64,000 nt of DNA from Girardia tigrina (lineage: Eukaryota), in the NCBI GenBank assembly GCA_001938485.1, contig MQRK01230776.1:10558-74557 (forward strand), in the 5' to 3' direction. The notes beneath the pieces were generated by a model. That model searched no databases. It had not been told where the DNA came from and worked only from the letters and a program-made list of their open reading frames with translations. The position numbers and the translations under genes are program-made. How positions within the stretch are numbered: the first letter of the stretch is position 1; every line of letters starts with the position of its first letter. Positions 38,797 to 51,410 of the stretch are shown one piece after another.

Positions 38797-39084
38797 ATTA
38801 TTAGAAGCACTTGAGGAACCACCTGTGAAATAATCTGGTTGAAACAATTTCCGGATATTCGAATTCAGTACGTAATCGAGAGTGGTACTATTCAATTCAA
38901 CTATGACGCTGATCGGCACACACTTTCCATGAATTCCAGAAGTAAAGTAAACATAAATTCTCTGTAATTGTAAATCCCTGTCGCTTTCGTAAACACCAGT
39001 GGTCGGTTTGATTCCGTGTTCATTGGTGATTATTTTCCAAAACTTCGTTGCAATACTGTTTCCACAACTTTGAAATATTCTCAT
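38797..39084 (-). pseudogene. Divergent beta-tubulin N-terminal fragment (~first 100 aa)
   Basis: CGNSIATKFWKIITNEHGIKPTTGVYESDRDLQLQRIYVYF...GKCVP..VIVEL...TLDYV...LFQPDYF..GSSSASNN is colinear with beta-tubulin up to GAGNN. Confidence 0.88.
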
Positions 39085-39401
39085 TAATTCCTACCATTGA
39101 TCATGAATGTCTTCACAAATTTTAGGTGTTGAAATTTCTGATCGGGAATCCTTACATGATTATCTTCAAATATATTTATAAAATAATCCACATTAAAAAA
39201 TATAGCCAAACGGCAAAGTTATCTGTTCTTTCAAATAAGACATTCAATTTCAGTTAGTGAATATTTTTCTTTAATGAAAAGAAATCGATATCGACAGCAA
39301 TAATTTTATTCGATATCAAAATCATGTAACAATAATTCGTTTAAACAAACGAATTCAATTAACCAATTTTTAAATTTCTAATATGTATTTTTTTAAATAT
39401 A

Positions 39402-39480
39402 CAGTAGATACCGCTTAAAGAGAATATTTTTGGGACTTGAAAAAATGTTCTCTATAACCGATATTTCTCTTTAACAGATA
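39402..39480 (+). mobile_element. Tigger/pogo-like left terminus
   Basis: TA|CAGTAGATACCGCTTAAAGAGAAT followed by subterminal TCTCT(A/T)TAAC repeats; partner end not identified. Confidence 0.45.
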
Positions 39481-39564
39481 CTTTTTTATAAGGATAATTT
39501 TTAAAAAAATATCANNNNNNNNNNNNNNNNNNNNNNNNNNNNNNNNNNNNNNNNNNNNNNNNNN

Positions 39565-39610
<46 letters not shown>

Positions 39611-42323
39611 GTTATATAGATGTTATATTAATAATTTTTATTAAAACATTTTTTGACATAAATCTAATTTTTATTTTCCAATTTTAATAAAATTTTTAAT
39701 TCATTCTGAAACAAACACATCAAAAAATTGAAGAATAGTAGCGAATAAATGTAAAATTGGATAAATTGGAACATCGCCAAAAAGATAAATAATAATAAAA
39801 GCCCACGAAATGGATGCAAAAAAATCGCAAAATAATCAGAAAAATCGTATAAAAATCAAGAAGATATAAAAAAATCACAATCAACATCGAATAACAGGAA
39901 TTCTAAGAAAAAATAATTAAAAAAAATAATATTTTATTTTATTTCGTTATTTCAATCAATAAACACAAACATCGATGAAAAGTGACCGGTAAAATCAGGA
40001 AAAATTCGCAAAAATTGAGAAAAAGAAGTAAGCGATAGAAAATACGGAAGGACACGCAACGGAAGCAAAAAAAATATAGAAAGAAACACAATATTAATTA
40101 AATTAAAAATCATCCAAAAAATATCAAATATTCGATTGACCAATGAGTCCTACATTATGCGGACGTCATTGAAATAAATTACAATTAATCCAAAATAACG
40201 TAATGAGTTATAAAAACGCAATAATAATTAATATTTTTAAAAATCCGTAACAAATACAAATCGGAAATGTATCAAAATAAGTAGATTAAATGCAAAAAAA
40301 TTGAAAAATTATCAAAAATCAAAATAACAGGATTAACAAAATAACTTAACTCCACGTAAAAATCCGATTAAAGATCGACGTGAAAAACAGAAATCGAAAA
40401 ACAACGCACATAATAAATATTTGCAAAATCGCGTAAAATCACAAATAAAAGTATATGAAATAAAACCTCAACTCTCCTCTGATCGTACCAGAGTCGGATC
40501 GACACATTACGCTGATACCGTAAGGTAAAAAAAGTGATTTAAACATATAAAAATAAAGGTCATTTATAAAAAGGAATAAAAACTGACTTTGCAATGGAAT
40601 TTCCGGACAAATTTTGAACGACGCGCGTGGAATAGCGTCACCAACATGGTCCATGGATTTTGATAAACAAAATCATTCCGAAGGTCTAGAAAAAGGCTAA
40701 AAATGAATATTAAAAATAGCAAAATTAAAATAAAAGTACTTTCATGCCTAATCATCGTTACAAAATTTTCCAAAATTTTCTATTTTTGGAAAGTCTAAAA
40801 ATGGCACTGACGTGTTCCAATCGAAATTGGTCGTACGATTCCAAAACGTACGTGGACCAATTAAGAACGGACACGCGAAAATTTTAGAACAGAATCTCAG
40901 TATAAGTACTAAGTGAATCTTTAGACAAAATCAGATAAATTTTTGAGATGAAATTTTTAGAGACAAATTTTTGAGAAGACAAAAAACTGAATAAAATTTT
41001 TAGAACGAAATTTTGAGAATAAGAATCAGAATAAAACTTTTCAAGAAACTCCAAGAATAAAATTGCAACAGGTCAGTATCGTTGAATTTTCGCGACCGAG
41101 AATAAAAGTAGTGAGTTTCTCTTTCTCAGAGATCCCGAATATTTAAATTTTCTTTTCTACGAGTCGGTCGGTATATTTGTATATTTATTTTATGAAATAT
41201 ACATTGTATATTTATATAAAATATAAATTGTATATTTATTTTGTATATTGTATAAAATATTCAAATATAAATATTTTATTTATTTAATAAAATTGTATAT
41301 TTTATTGTATATTTATTTTATGAACAGGTTATCTAATTTTTTATTATTCTAATTATAATTTTTTTCATATTATCTATTTTTTATCTCATTTTGATTATAA
41401 TATTATTGTTGAGTCTTTCTTTTTAGTTTGATTAACTGAATAAAACTCTGATTTTATAAAATATATTTATTATCTACAATAATTACAAAAATCAAAGGTA
41501 GAGGATTTATGCTTTGTTTCGCTCCTGGACGATTTTATATTTGTTTCGAGAGTTTTAGCGACAACTCGAGTAACTGTGTTTTAGGGTTTAGATCACACTT
41601 TACAGCGTGATATATAAAAATATAATATTTAATATATAGTTAATGTTAATTACTTTTTATAATTCAAGATTCTCTTTTTGCCTCGAACTATTTCAGTGTG
41701 TTATAATTCAAGATTCTCTTTTGCCTCGCACTATTTCAGTGTGATTTTTAAGTGATTCTTTTCAAATTCTTGGCCAGTTTAAATACTACGGACGCTGTGC
41801 TGACAAATTCTCCTCACTTTGAATAAATAAACAGGTTCAAATTCCTTTCTTGTGATAATAAATAAATAGGTTCGAATTCCTTTCTCGTCTGAACTTTTAA
41901 AATCAACAACTTTTCTGTACTTTTAAACTTAATTAAAAATGACCTTATATACTAGGTCTTCCTTTTTAAAATCAACTTTATTTTAATTTAAATTTATTAT
42001 TTATTATTTCTTTTAAAATATCTGTCTTTCTTATTTACTTAAACCTTAAATATTTTATTTATTTATAAAAAAATATAATTTTATATTTATTTATCATAAA
42101 TATTCCATCTATGAAAAGTATAAATATTTATCAATATTTATTAATTTAAACAACAAATACATATAAATTTATAAAATTAAATATATTCCTCAACATTATT
42201 ATAACGATATTTGATAAATAATTTCTATCAATTAAATTTGAGTTAATTATCTTATTTAATAAAATGGTAAAATTTTACGGTTTCAACTCGAATACCCTTG
42301 GGTAGAGTAATCTTTAAAAAATT

Positions 42324-42943
42324 TGTTTGGTATTAAAATCTTTAATCTTAAATATTTACTTTTTAAAACACAAATCTTTAATCGTTAATCTTACTCCAAT
42401 TAATCAGTAAGGACTTCCAACATAAATATATAAATAATGAACAAAAAAACCTTTTATGAAACTTTATTTTCAAATAACAAAAATTACCACGTCAAAAATA
42501 ATAATAATTCAATTATTTGATGACAAAACACAAACACAAGTCAATATTTCGTGCTAGTTAACAGATTACAGTAAAAACTGTGAATCTGCAAAACGAACGA
42601 TAATTTTTAAATTAATTAAAACATTTGTCTCCCATACGGGATACTTAAGGTTTTATACAAAAAAATATATTAAAGAACATTTAGTAATTTTACTTGACTT
42701 CCTTTTTTGTTTGTTTTTAAAAGAAATTTTTAGGCAAACTAAACTAAATTTCCTGCTGTTTATATAGTGGTTTTCATCAGCCTTGAAAATTGATGAAATA
42801 AAACAAAGACTAAAATATTTTTAATTTTCAATTCCAAATTTTGTTAAACTAAATATTATTTTGTTTGAAATTAATAATTTTACTAAAAGAATTATTTTAA
42901 ATTTTTTCTACATAAAATTTTGTCAAAAGTGTTCAAATGTATT
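42324..42943 (-). mobile_element. Solo LTR family A, copy 2 (slightly truncated)
   Basis: Colinear with 21290-21932. Confidence 0.8.
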
Positions 42944-43860
42944 ATTGGGTTCTTGATCAAAAGATGTTGTCATGAAAACAAAACTTTATTTCTACCACAA
43001 TTTGAGTTTTTTTTAACAAATATTTCCGAGGAACTTTTGCACTTTCTTTTTACACAGACCATTATAAATAAGAATTGATATAAATATAAATATGGTTATT
43101 TTATTTTTTTTCGAATTAAAATTCTATACTTTTTTTAATAAAAAATTATAAAATGAATTAAAATTTTGTCACAAAGATTTTGTTTCGTCTTTTATTAAAT
43201 TTCAATTTTATTGTACCTTGAAATTTACCTGTTTCTCAATTAAATTTCCCAATTCTATACAATAGGATTTTTTATTTCGTTTTCAGAATAAATTTAGAAA
43301 TTATTTTGGATTTAATAATGTTTCGAAAATAGAATTTTAAATCGCAATTTCGTTTAATTTAACATTTTTTTAATTACCCCTTTTTTTACATGAAAAATAA
43401 AATTATATTTCCATTAATACTTACGTTTTCCAAAATAAAATTAAAACCGCAGTTTCATTTAAATCGATTTAATTGTTTTACAATTATATTTTGATTCAAA
43501 TTAAAATTTCCAAAAATAAAATTATAGTGACATTTTTAATTTACTTCGATTTAATCGTGTAAAATAAAAGAAAGTTACAAAAATATTTTAGTTTACATTC
43601 ATTTCGCAAATAAAATATTAAACTTTATATTACTTTTGATTTTATTTCACTTAAATATTTTCATCAAATTTGAAATTAACTTATTTTACTTTATAATAAA
43701 TCTTTTAATAAACCTACCGTAAAATTTATTTTATTTCTTACATGAATCAATTTTTTACATTAAATTTCTGAAAATCTTATTTTAACATATATATAACAAT
43801 ATTTTACGGAATGTAATTGTTTAATTATTAATTTGATAAGATTGTAACTTCAAAAATATT

Positions 43861-44559
43861 ATGAACTCAACAACGCTCCAAACATGTATTTTTCGAAACC
43901 TTAACAAATTGATCTACATAAAATTCTTGAAGGCTGGCTCTGGACCGCGATTCATCGTAGCCAGAATAAATCCCCGGCTTTGGAGTATAAAGGTGACAAC
44001 AAAACCCGAAAGACTTCATACCGGAGAGCAGGTTTGGAATCAAACTGCTATCTTTCTCGACCACTAACGTAGAATATGAATAAATAACGAAAAAACAACT
44101 ATATCTCTCTTTTAATAATAATCTTTCCAGATGTTCCAACAAATTGAATTACAACAGGATAAGATGACCATCGAGCGTCTTCAACAAGAGAATAATTTAT
44201 TGAAAAAGGGTAGAGAAGCAGATCGCAGAGAGATTCTGAATTTACGCGACAATGTAGAGGGTTTATCAAAAAGTCTAAGAGCAGCAAAAGATGCTTCTGT
44301 CGAGCCCGAAGAATACGCACACGTGGTAAAGCGAGGCGTCATGATGGAGAATCAAATCCGCGAGTTAGAGCGGCTTTATTCCGAGCAATTTCAGTTTCAA
44401 ATGCGACAAAAGATGAGAGCTAAGGAAGGGAATGAGTCTCGCACTTTGGAAACGCAATGGTCGATAGCCTATTACAGAGGCGAAGGTTATTTAAAGCAGC
44501 GTCAAGAACAGAAAATTCGTAAAAGTATCGACAACGTCGTAAAATGTTTTAATAAATAA
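43861..44559 (+). CDS. Putative two-exon coiled-coil protein (43861-44031 + 44131-44559), unknown function
   Basis: Less AT-rich open frames; CAG|GT...TTTCCAG phase-0 intron would join them; heptad-like IERLQQENNLLKK...ILNLRDNVEGL. Confidence 0.4.
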
Positions 44560-45159
44560 TTTTTTATTTTTGTTTCATGTGAGTTGTTGTTTCGGTATTT
44601 TAAAATATGATGAGCACCAAATAGTTAAAATCAGTTAGCATCTCTTTCTTCATCTTAACACTACGTCTTAACACTAGAATCACACACATAAACGGAGTAT
44701 TTGTGTCAGGGTATTCGACTCTACACTTTTGTAAATAAATTCGCAATGAATAAAATAATAAAAGATGGATTTTTGACATGATCTTTCGTAATTGTTAGGG
44801 GCCTATCACATTACCAAAAAAACGTAATATCACATCCTGGGGTCAACACATTAATACAAATTATATTCAATCATAACATTACACCATACCCATTAGAGCT
44901 GATCTGGTCTATCTGGTCTTAAACCTATGAAGGTCTTGAACCTAGAAGGTTTTCATCACCTATCACTGCTTGCAGATGATATGGGGGTTGAGAGGCAAGT
45001 TGTGGTCTCAAGTATAAGGGGTTAAGAGCTAAAATACACACGCCGAGATTACATTAATATAACAAGATCTTTTGGATTGTTACCGATAACCTAGGGGCTC
45101 AAAGCCAAATAACTCAGTTCCCAAAATAAGTTCAAATGTTTTTGAAAAACACAGAACCA

Positions 45160-45863
45160 AAACACATTGATCCTCGATAACTGTCCTGCTCATCCGATAA
45201 TCGAAGGGTTAATTAACATTACACTGTTCTTTCTACCTCAAAATACCTCGTCGCATACGCATCCTATGGATGCGGGGGTTATTCGCAACATAAAGCACCA
45301 CTACAAATTGGCTTTGGTAGGGCGGATGATTGCAGCAATCGACAACCAGGAACCCTTCCAGATCAATATTCTGCAAGCAGTACACATCCTCAAGGACTCC
45401 TGGGAAAAGGAGATGGAGAGGATCATAAAAACTGTTTCTGCCAAGTTGGATTCGATGCCATTGGTGAAGAACCTGCAGCTATGGAGCCTGGGGAAGAACA
45501 GCCCTCAGACAATATCTTTGAGTGGATGGCATCTTATTTTTGACTTGTGGATTTCAGTGAGTATGTCAATGTGGATGATGACCTTATCACCTGAAACTCG
45601 CTATCAGAGGAGGTAATTTTGACACTGGCAGGTGGAAGTGAAGAGCAGCCAAGCAGCGACGACGAAACCTTGCAGCCACCGGAAGAAATGCCACCATCTC
45701 GTATAGAAGCTCATTTTGCCTTGCAAACTCTCCAAAACTTTCTAGAAGCAAAGGATAATGACTTACCTGCTTTGCAAAGTCCACGTTAAGTGGAAAATTG
45801 TTAACTAAACTTTCTTTTACAAAGAAGCGACAAACTACCATCCCAAATATTTTTAAACAGTAA
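45160..45863 (+). mobile_element. Tigger/pogo DDE_1 transposase C-terminal remnant
   Basis: LILDNCPAHP...LFFLPQNTSS..HPMDAGVIRNIKHHYK and C-terminal KRQTTIPNIF. Confidence 0.88.
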
Positions 45864-47759
45864 AATAAAATATATGATTGGAATTCCGTATGCCTATTGG
45901 ATTATTAAATGGTGTCTGTATTATTATATTTAATTATATTTATTATATTTATTATAAATAAATAAATTTATTATATTTATTTATTAATTTTTTAATGCTT
46001 TTATTGTAAATATCATGAATATAATTTATAAAAAATGAAATACGTATTTAAAAATAAAATGTTTTTAATGTGTTTTTAAATATTTTGAAAAAAATTAAAA
46101 AGATATAATAAAAGAAAATCATAAAAAATTAAATATCTATTTAAAAATAAAAAATATCTTTTAAATGTATCTATTAAATATCTTAAAATTAAAAATGATA
46201 AGAAAACCATTAAATATTAAATATTTATTTATAAATAAAAATATTTTTAATGTCAAAACAATTTATATATTTTAATAGAAGTATTAAGCAATTTAAATAC
46301 ATTTTAAAATAAATTTTTGGTTTTAATGTGAAATATATTTAATAAATTTGCAAGATTTTTTTAAAAATTGAATCGAAAAGAATTTAATAGATTAATTTGC
46401 GGCGGGATAATTAAATTAACAGAAAAATTGTTTTATATAAGTGAATTGTTGTTATATAAATTAAGTATGGTGTTAAAAAAATGAATTTGGATATTGATGT
46501 TCCAACCACCTCTCTCAATTATGTATCAAATTTTGTAATAATTTTGTATCATTATGGTGCTGGCCTCCAGATCGAACTGTGAAGGATAGCACCCGTTTCT
46601 CATGTGGGAATTATCAGCCGGTTCGATGTCGACTGACCCTCGATTGAATCCGACTAGTACCGGTTGGTGCTCCGACGGACAGCAGTCATTGGTCCGACTC
46701 GCCGAGACTAACATAAACGCGGATTCGTTCTCATGGCCGCCAGGATAGTTCCAGGCAGTTTGAGATCGACAAAGCCTGTGGCGGCTACATTATATATTTG
46801 AGAATTATATATTTGTAGTAAAATAATATAAATTTAAACATTGTAAAGTAAATATTTGTTGTCAAATTATATATATATATATATATATANNNNNNNNNNN
46901 NNNNNNNNNNNNNNNNNNNNNNNNNNNNNNNNNNNNNNNTATATATATATATATATATATATATATGTTTGTATAAAATTATTTTAAACTAAATCAGATA
47001 ATATATTGAAGTGTAATTTTTTAAAATTATTGTAATTTTAAAAAAAATAATAAATTGAAATCATAAAAATAACAATTTTAATAAATAACTTATCAATATT
47101 TATAATTCAGTATTTTAACGTATAATCACTCTGGTCTGAAGTGCTGGCCTCCGGATCGAGCTGTGAAGACCAGTACCTCTTCAAAGTGCGGGAAATTTTC
47201 ATTCGACGGGACAGATCAACCGGTCTCGTGCTGAATAGGATTCGATTAGATTCGACCGACATTGAATGATACACCGCTGAGTAGCGGTCGCTCATCCTGT
47301 TTTATGCGGCTTTCCGTACCGCATCCCCGTCTCCGTCACCGCCGACACCACACGTGATCTGACTGATTGAGGCCACTGTCGCAGTGTGGTTCGAGTTTTT
47401 ATCCCTTCGAAAGTGAAGATTATGCTTACAAGAACAAAAAGATGGTCAAAAAAGAGAAGACATTTATTTGTTCCATTTAAATTCTTACACAATTTTTATT
47501 TCTGTTAGTTTATTTAAAAAATTGTTTGGTGTTCGATTTTTGATTTTTTGATTTTTTTCTCAAATTTTTCGAGCACCACATGGTCGAAAAGAAAACAAAG
47601 AAAAGATCTTCAAAAAAATAATTTTTTGAATAATTGTTGATTGTTATAGAAATAAAGTTTTCCTTTTTCATGACTTCAATTATTGATCATGAACCACACA
47701 CATTATGCCGAATTTACTAACATGGCAATTACAAAAAATTAATTCAATAATAAATTTAA

Positions 47760-48312
47760 TTGAAAGTTTAATATGAAAAAATATAAATCTAGTATTAAAA
47801 ATATGTATTTAATACAATAAATATCAAATTAACATGAAAAAAATATCTATTTAATGTGAACAATATCGATTTAATAAGAAAAATTTTATTTAATGTAAAA
47901 AATATGTATTTAATATGAAAAAAATATATATATAATACACAAATATCAATTTAATATGAAAAATATCAGTTTAACATGTAAAAATATCATTTTAATATAA
48001 AAAAATATAAATTTTTTATGAAAAAATATTAATTATATATGAAAAAATATTAATTATATATGAAAAACTATATATTTATATTAAAAATTATCAATTTAAT
48101 ATGAAAAATTATTTAATATTAAGCAATATTGATTTAATATGAAAAAATATCAATTTAATGTGAAAAAAATATGTATTTAACATGAAAGATATCGATTTAA
48201 TTTGAAAAATATCAATTTAACATGAAAAGATATCAATTTAATATGATGAAATATATATTTAATATTGCAAATTATCAATTTAATATGAAAAATTTTATTT
48301 AATATTAAAAAA
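47760..48312. repeat. AT-rich minisatellite, ~20-22-bp unit AAATATCAATTTAATATGAA
   Basis: About 25 degenerate tandem units visible. Confidence 0.85.
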
Positions 48313-48941
48313 AATATTGTAAGATGCACTGACAAGAATTATTGTGGAAATTTCATCAGTTTGATTCTTCTGTAGCGAAACTTCGCCAAATTATTAAGTG
48401 GATAATCGACGATTCCTTTCAATTTGAAACTAAATATAAATAAACATCCATTTTATTATTTTTATTCCATGATTTATGTCGTCTAAATCAGAAGAAAATA
48501 AATAAACTGCACAAGTATTTATTTAAATCAAACTCTGAATCGGTAAACAACCGATTAAAACAAATTACTTAATTATTAATCGCAATTAATAAAAATTTAT
48601 TAATAAACACTTTCTTAATCTATTTATATTTTCATTTCCATATAAGTAACAATGAAGCTTCTCCTCTTGGCGTTCCTCAAACAACAAGTCTCCAGCAATA
48701 AATTATGTAGCCTTAATTTAAAATTATATACTTTAAAATTATCAAAATATATTACAATTCATTTAAACATAAAATTTTTTATTCATCTAACACAAATTCC
48801 TTATTTATAATTTATAATTATTTTATCCAATTAAAATTAAATTAAAGAAAATTTATTATTTTTGTTTCAATTTATCAAAATTTATTTTAGTATTTATCAA
48901 CAAAAATAAAGAATACAATTATTTTGTTAAATTACGATATT

Positions 48942-50327
48942 ATGAATAGCAATATTGAAGTAAATGACGATTTTACAAATAAAAATAATAAAACCCTTGA
49001 GTCAAGTGAATTGTGTACCACAAAACGGAGAAAATTAAAACGTATTCTGCCGTCAATTAAACAAAAATGTATTGAAATGTATCAAGAAGGAAAGATGATA
49101 AAAGACATAGTTCGAGAATGTAATGTAACACTATCCGATGTGTTTTACTATGTAAAAAGGTATAATAATTCAACCTCTTCAAATGGTAAAAATGAAAATT
49201 CGAATAAAATACAAATACCTTTACGTAAAAAAGTTGTGCATTTTTCAGTAAAACAAAAAGTCATCGAAATGTATCAAGAAGGATCGAAAGTAAAAGAAAT
49301 AGCTCAAAAATGTAATGTTTCAATGGGATACGTTTCAAATATTATGAAAAAATATAATAAAAAGCTATTGATAGATTCCAATAAAAACATAGACGACAAA
49401 AATATTTCTAAAGCTAATTCATCACTCAATGATAACGAATTTTCAAATACTAATAAAAGACCTTTGAAAAGGTATAAAGTTATTTCTCCTACAAAAAAAG
49501 TGAAAATAATTGAAATATATCAAGAGCAAAAGAATCTAAAAGAAATAGCTCGAGAATGTAATGTGACACAATATTGTGTATCTTATCATGTAAAGAGGTT
49601 TAATAAAGAACTATTTGCAAAATCGAGCAGGAACAAAGAAGATGAAGATCACTCAATCCTTAACTCACCGACTGATATAAACGAATATTCGAACATTAAC
49701 CGAATGCCTCTAAAAAGACCTCACGATCATCAAGTTGTGTCTCCTTCAAAGAAACAAAAAAATTGTGAAATATATCAAGAAGAAACAAAGTTAAATGAAA
49801 AAGCTCAAGAATGTGTTGTATCAGAAGATGCAATAAATAAATATATAAAAGTACACAATGACGAATTGTTAAAAATAAATATAAATGAGGAAGATAAAGA
49901 AGAAAGATTTATTGATTCAAGAATCAAACATATGTTAAATGAACAAAAATTAAAGGACATTGAAATGTATAAAAAAGGACACAAATTGTCGGAAATATCT
50001 CTCTTTTATGATAAATTATCGAAATATGCGCAAGACGTTTTCAAGAGGTACGATACACTCGCAAAAGTCACAAAAGAAAGCAAGGAAAATGACATTTTTC
50101 CTACAGACAAAATTGATAATTTATCAACAGGAAATAAAGATAGAAGAGAAAAGTTTGATATAAGTAAAAATATAACAGAAGAAAGTATAAAACAGTTAAA
50201 GTGTATCAATTTAAATCTGTCTGGAAAGTCGGTAGATGATATTGTGAGACTGCTCAAAGAACCGAAGGAAACCATTCAAAGATGGATAAACAATAAAGAT
50301 GAGATTATCGAAAACTGTTTTTATTAA
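48942..50327 (+). CDS. Multi-HTH DNA-binding protein (about 6 Tc1/paired/psq-like HTH modules), probable domesticated transposase-derived gene
   Basis: Intact 461-aa ORF from ATG 48942; repeated KQKxIEMYQEG...KEIAxxCNVSxxxVxxxxKxY modules; final GKSVDDIVRLLKEPKETIQRWINNKDEI; no DDE domain, no TIRs seen. Confidence 0.82.
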   Translation: MNSNIEVNDDFTNKNNKTLESSELCTTKRRKLKRILPSIKQKCIEMYQEGKMIKDIVRECNVTLSDVFYYVKRYNNSTSSNGKNENSNKIQIPLRKKVVHFSVKQKVIEMYQEGSKVKEIAQKCNVSMGYVSNIMKKYNKKLLIDSNKNIDDKNISKANSSLNDNEFSNTNKRPLKRYKVISPTKKVKIIEIYQEQKNLKEIARECNVTQYCVSYHVKRFNKELFAKSSRNKEDEDHSILNSPTDINEYSNINRMPLKRPHDHQVVSPSKKQKNCEIYQEETKLNEKAQECVVSEDAINKYIKVHNDELLKININEEDKEERFIDSRIKHMLNEQKLKDIEMYKKGHKLSEISLFYDKLSKYAQDVFKRYDTLAKVTKESKENDIFPTDKIDNLSTGNKDRREKFDISKNITEESIKQLKCINLNLSGKSVDDIVRLLKEPKETIQRWINNKDEIIENCFY

Positions 50328-50434
50328 TTAAATTTAATAATATCTTGTTGTTTTATTTTTAATTTTGTAGTCAATTATTGAATTTATTTATTTATTTTTT
50401 TTAATATTTATTATTTAATTTTATTCTTTAAAAT

Positions 50435-50890
50435 TGTTGGGTATTAAATTATCTTTAATTTCAATTGTTTATTTTTTAAACACAAATCTTAAATCTTAAT
50501 CTTTAATCGTAAATCTCTATTTTTTATTCTTTAATCAATAATCTTTAATCTGAAATCTTTAATCTTGATCTGACTCCAATTAATCAGAAGGGACTTCCAA
50601 CATAAATATATGAATAATGAACACAAATTCTTTTATGAAACTTTATTTCAAATAACAAATATTGACAAGTCAAAAATAATAATAATAATTCAATTCTTGA
50701 TGACAGAACAAAACACAAAACAATATTTCGTTCCAGTTAATAGATTACAGCAAAAACTGTGAATCTCCCAAAACGATCTAAAAAATCTAATCTTTAGAAT
50801 AAACCTTTTTCTCCCATACAGGATACTTATGGTTTATCAATATTTTAAAAGAATAAAATAAAAATAAAATAAGTTTTGTATTTACGTTAC
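50435..50890 (-). mobile_element. Solo LTR family A, copy 3 (truncated)
   Basis: Starts TGTTGGGTATTAAA and is colinear with 21290-~21690. Confidence 0.8.
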
Positions 50891-51410
50891 TTGTTACAGA
50901 GAGACCCAAGAATTTTTCCACATGAAATTAAATATGTAAATAAAAAAAAACGAAATGGTTTAACGGAAATAATTCGAGTGTCACAAATTCAAAACCAATT
51001 CAAAAAAAATATTTTTAACCGTGAGCGAACTGCCGAAAAATCGCATAAAATTTATTTTTGTGATCAATAAATTTTGTATCCGATTCTGTCTGCTCCTTGT
51101 TTTTTGCAAATGGGAACCGCCATGGAAACTCCCACTTCACTAAATTATAAATATTTGTAATTAAAAATTCAATATAAAAAATGAAATAAGTTATTAGGTT
51201 TTTATAAATTATGTGCTAATGTTGAGTGATAAAAGTTGAATATGTGAATATTATTAGTTAAAGAAAAGCAGCAAAAATTGTTTGAAAAGAAATTAATTGT
51301 GCTATTTATGAAAACAAATCCAAATTAAAATTGATTTGATTGCGGGTTTCGCATTTGCGCTTTCTTCATAATTCTACCCTTAGTTTATTTAAACAATTCG
51401 TTTTCTTTTA

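Larger units (their letters stand above)
39610..44810 (+). mobile_element. Possible very long LTR-like unit with promoter and ORF
   Basis: TGTTATA...TATCACA termini, CCAAT boxes and TATAAGTA at ~40901, short tandem duplications at 41656-41742 and 41822-41885; no TSD seen. Confidence 0.3.

Noticed and set aside
47760-48312. Repeat array as CRISPR
   Set aside because: Head-to-tail degenerate units without unique spacers; eukaryotic context
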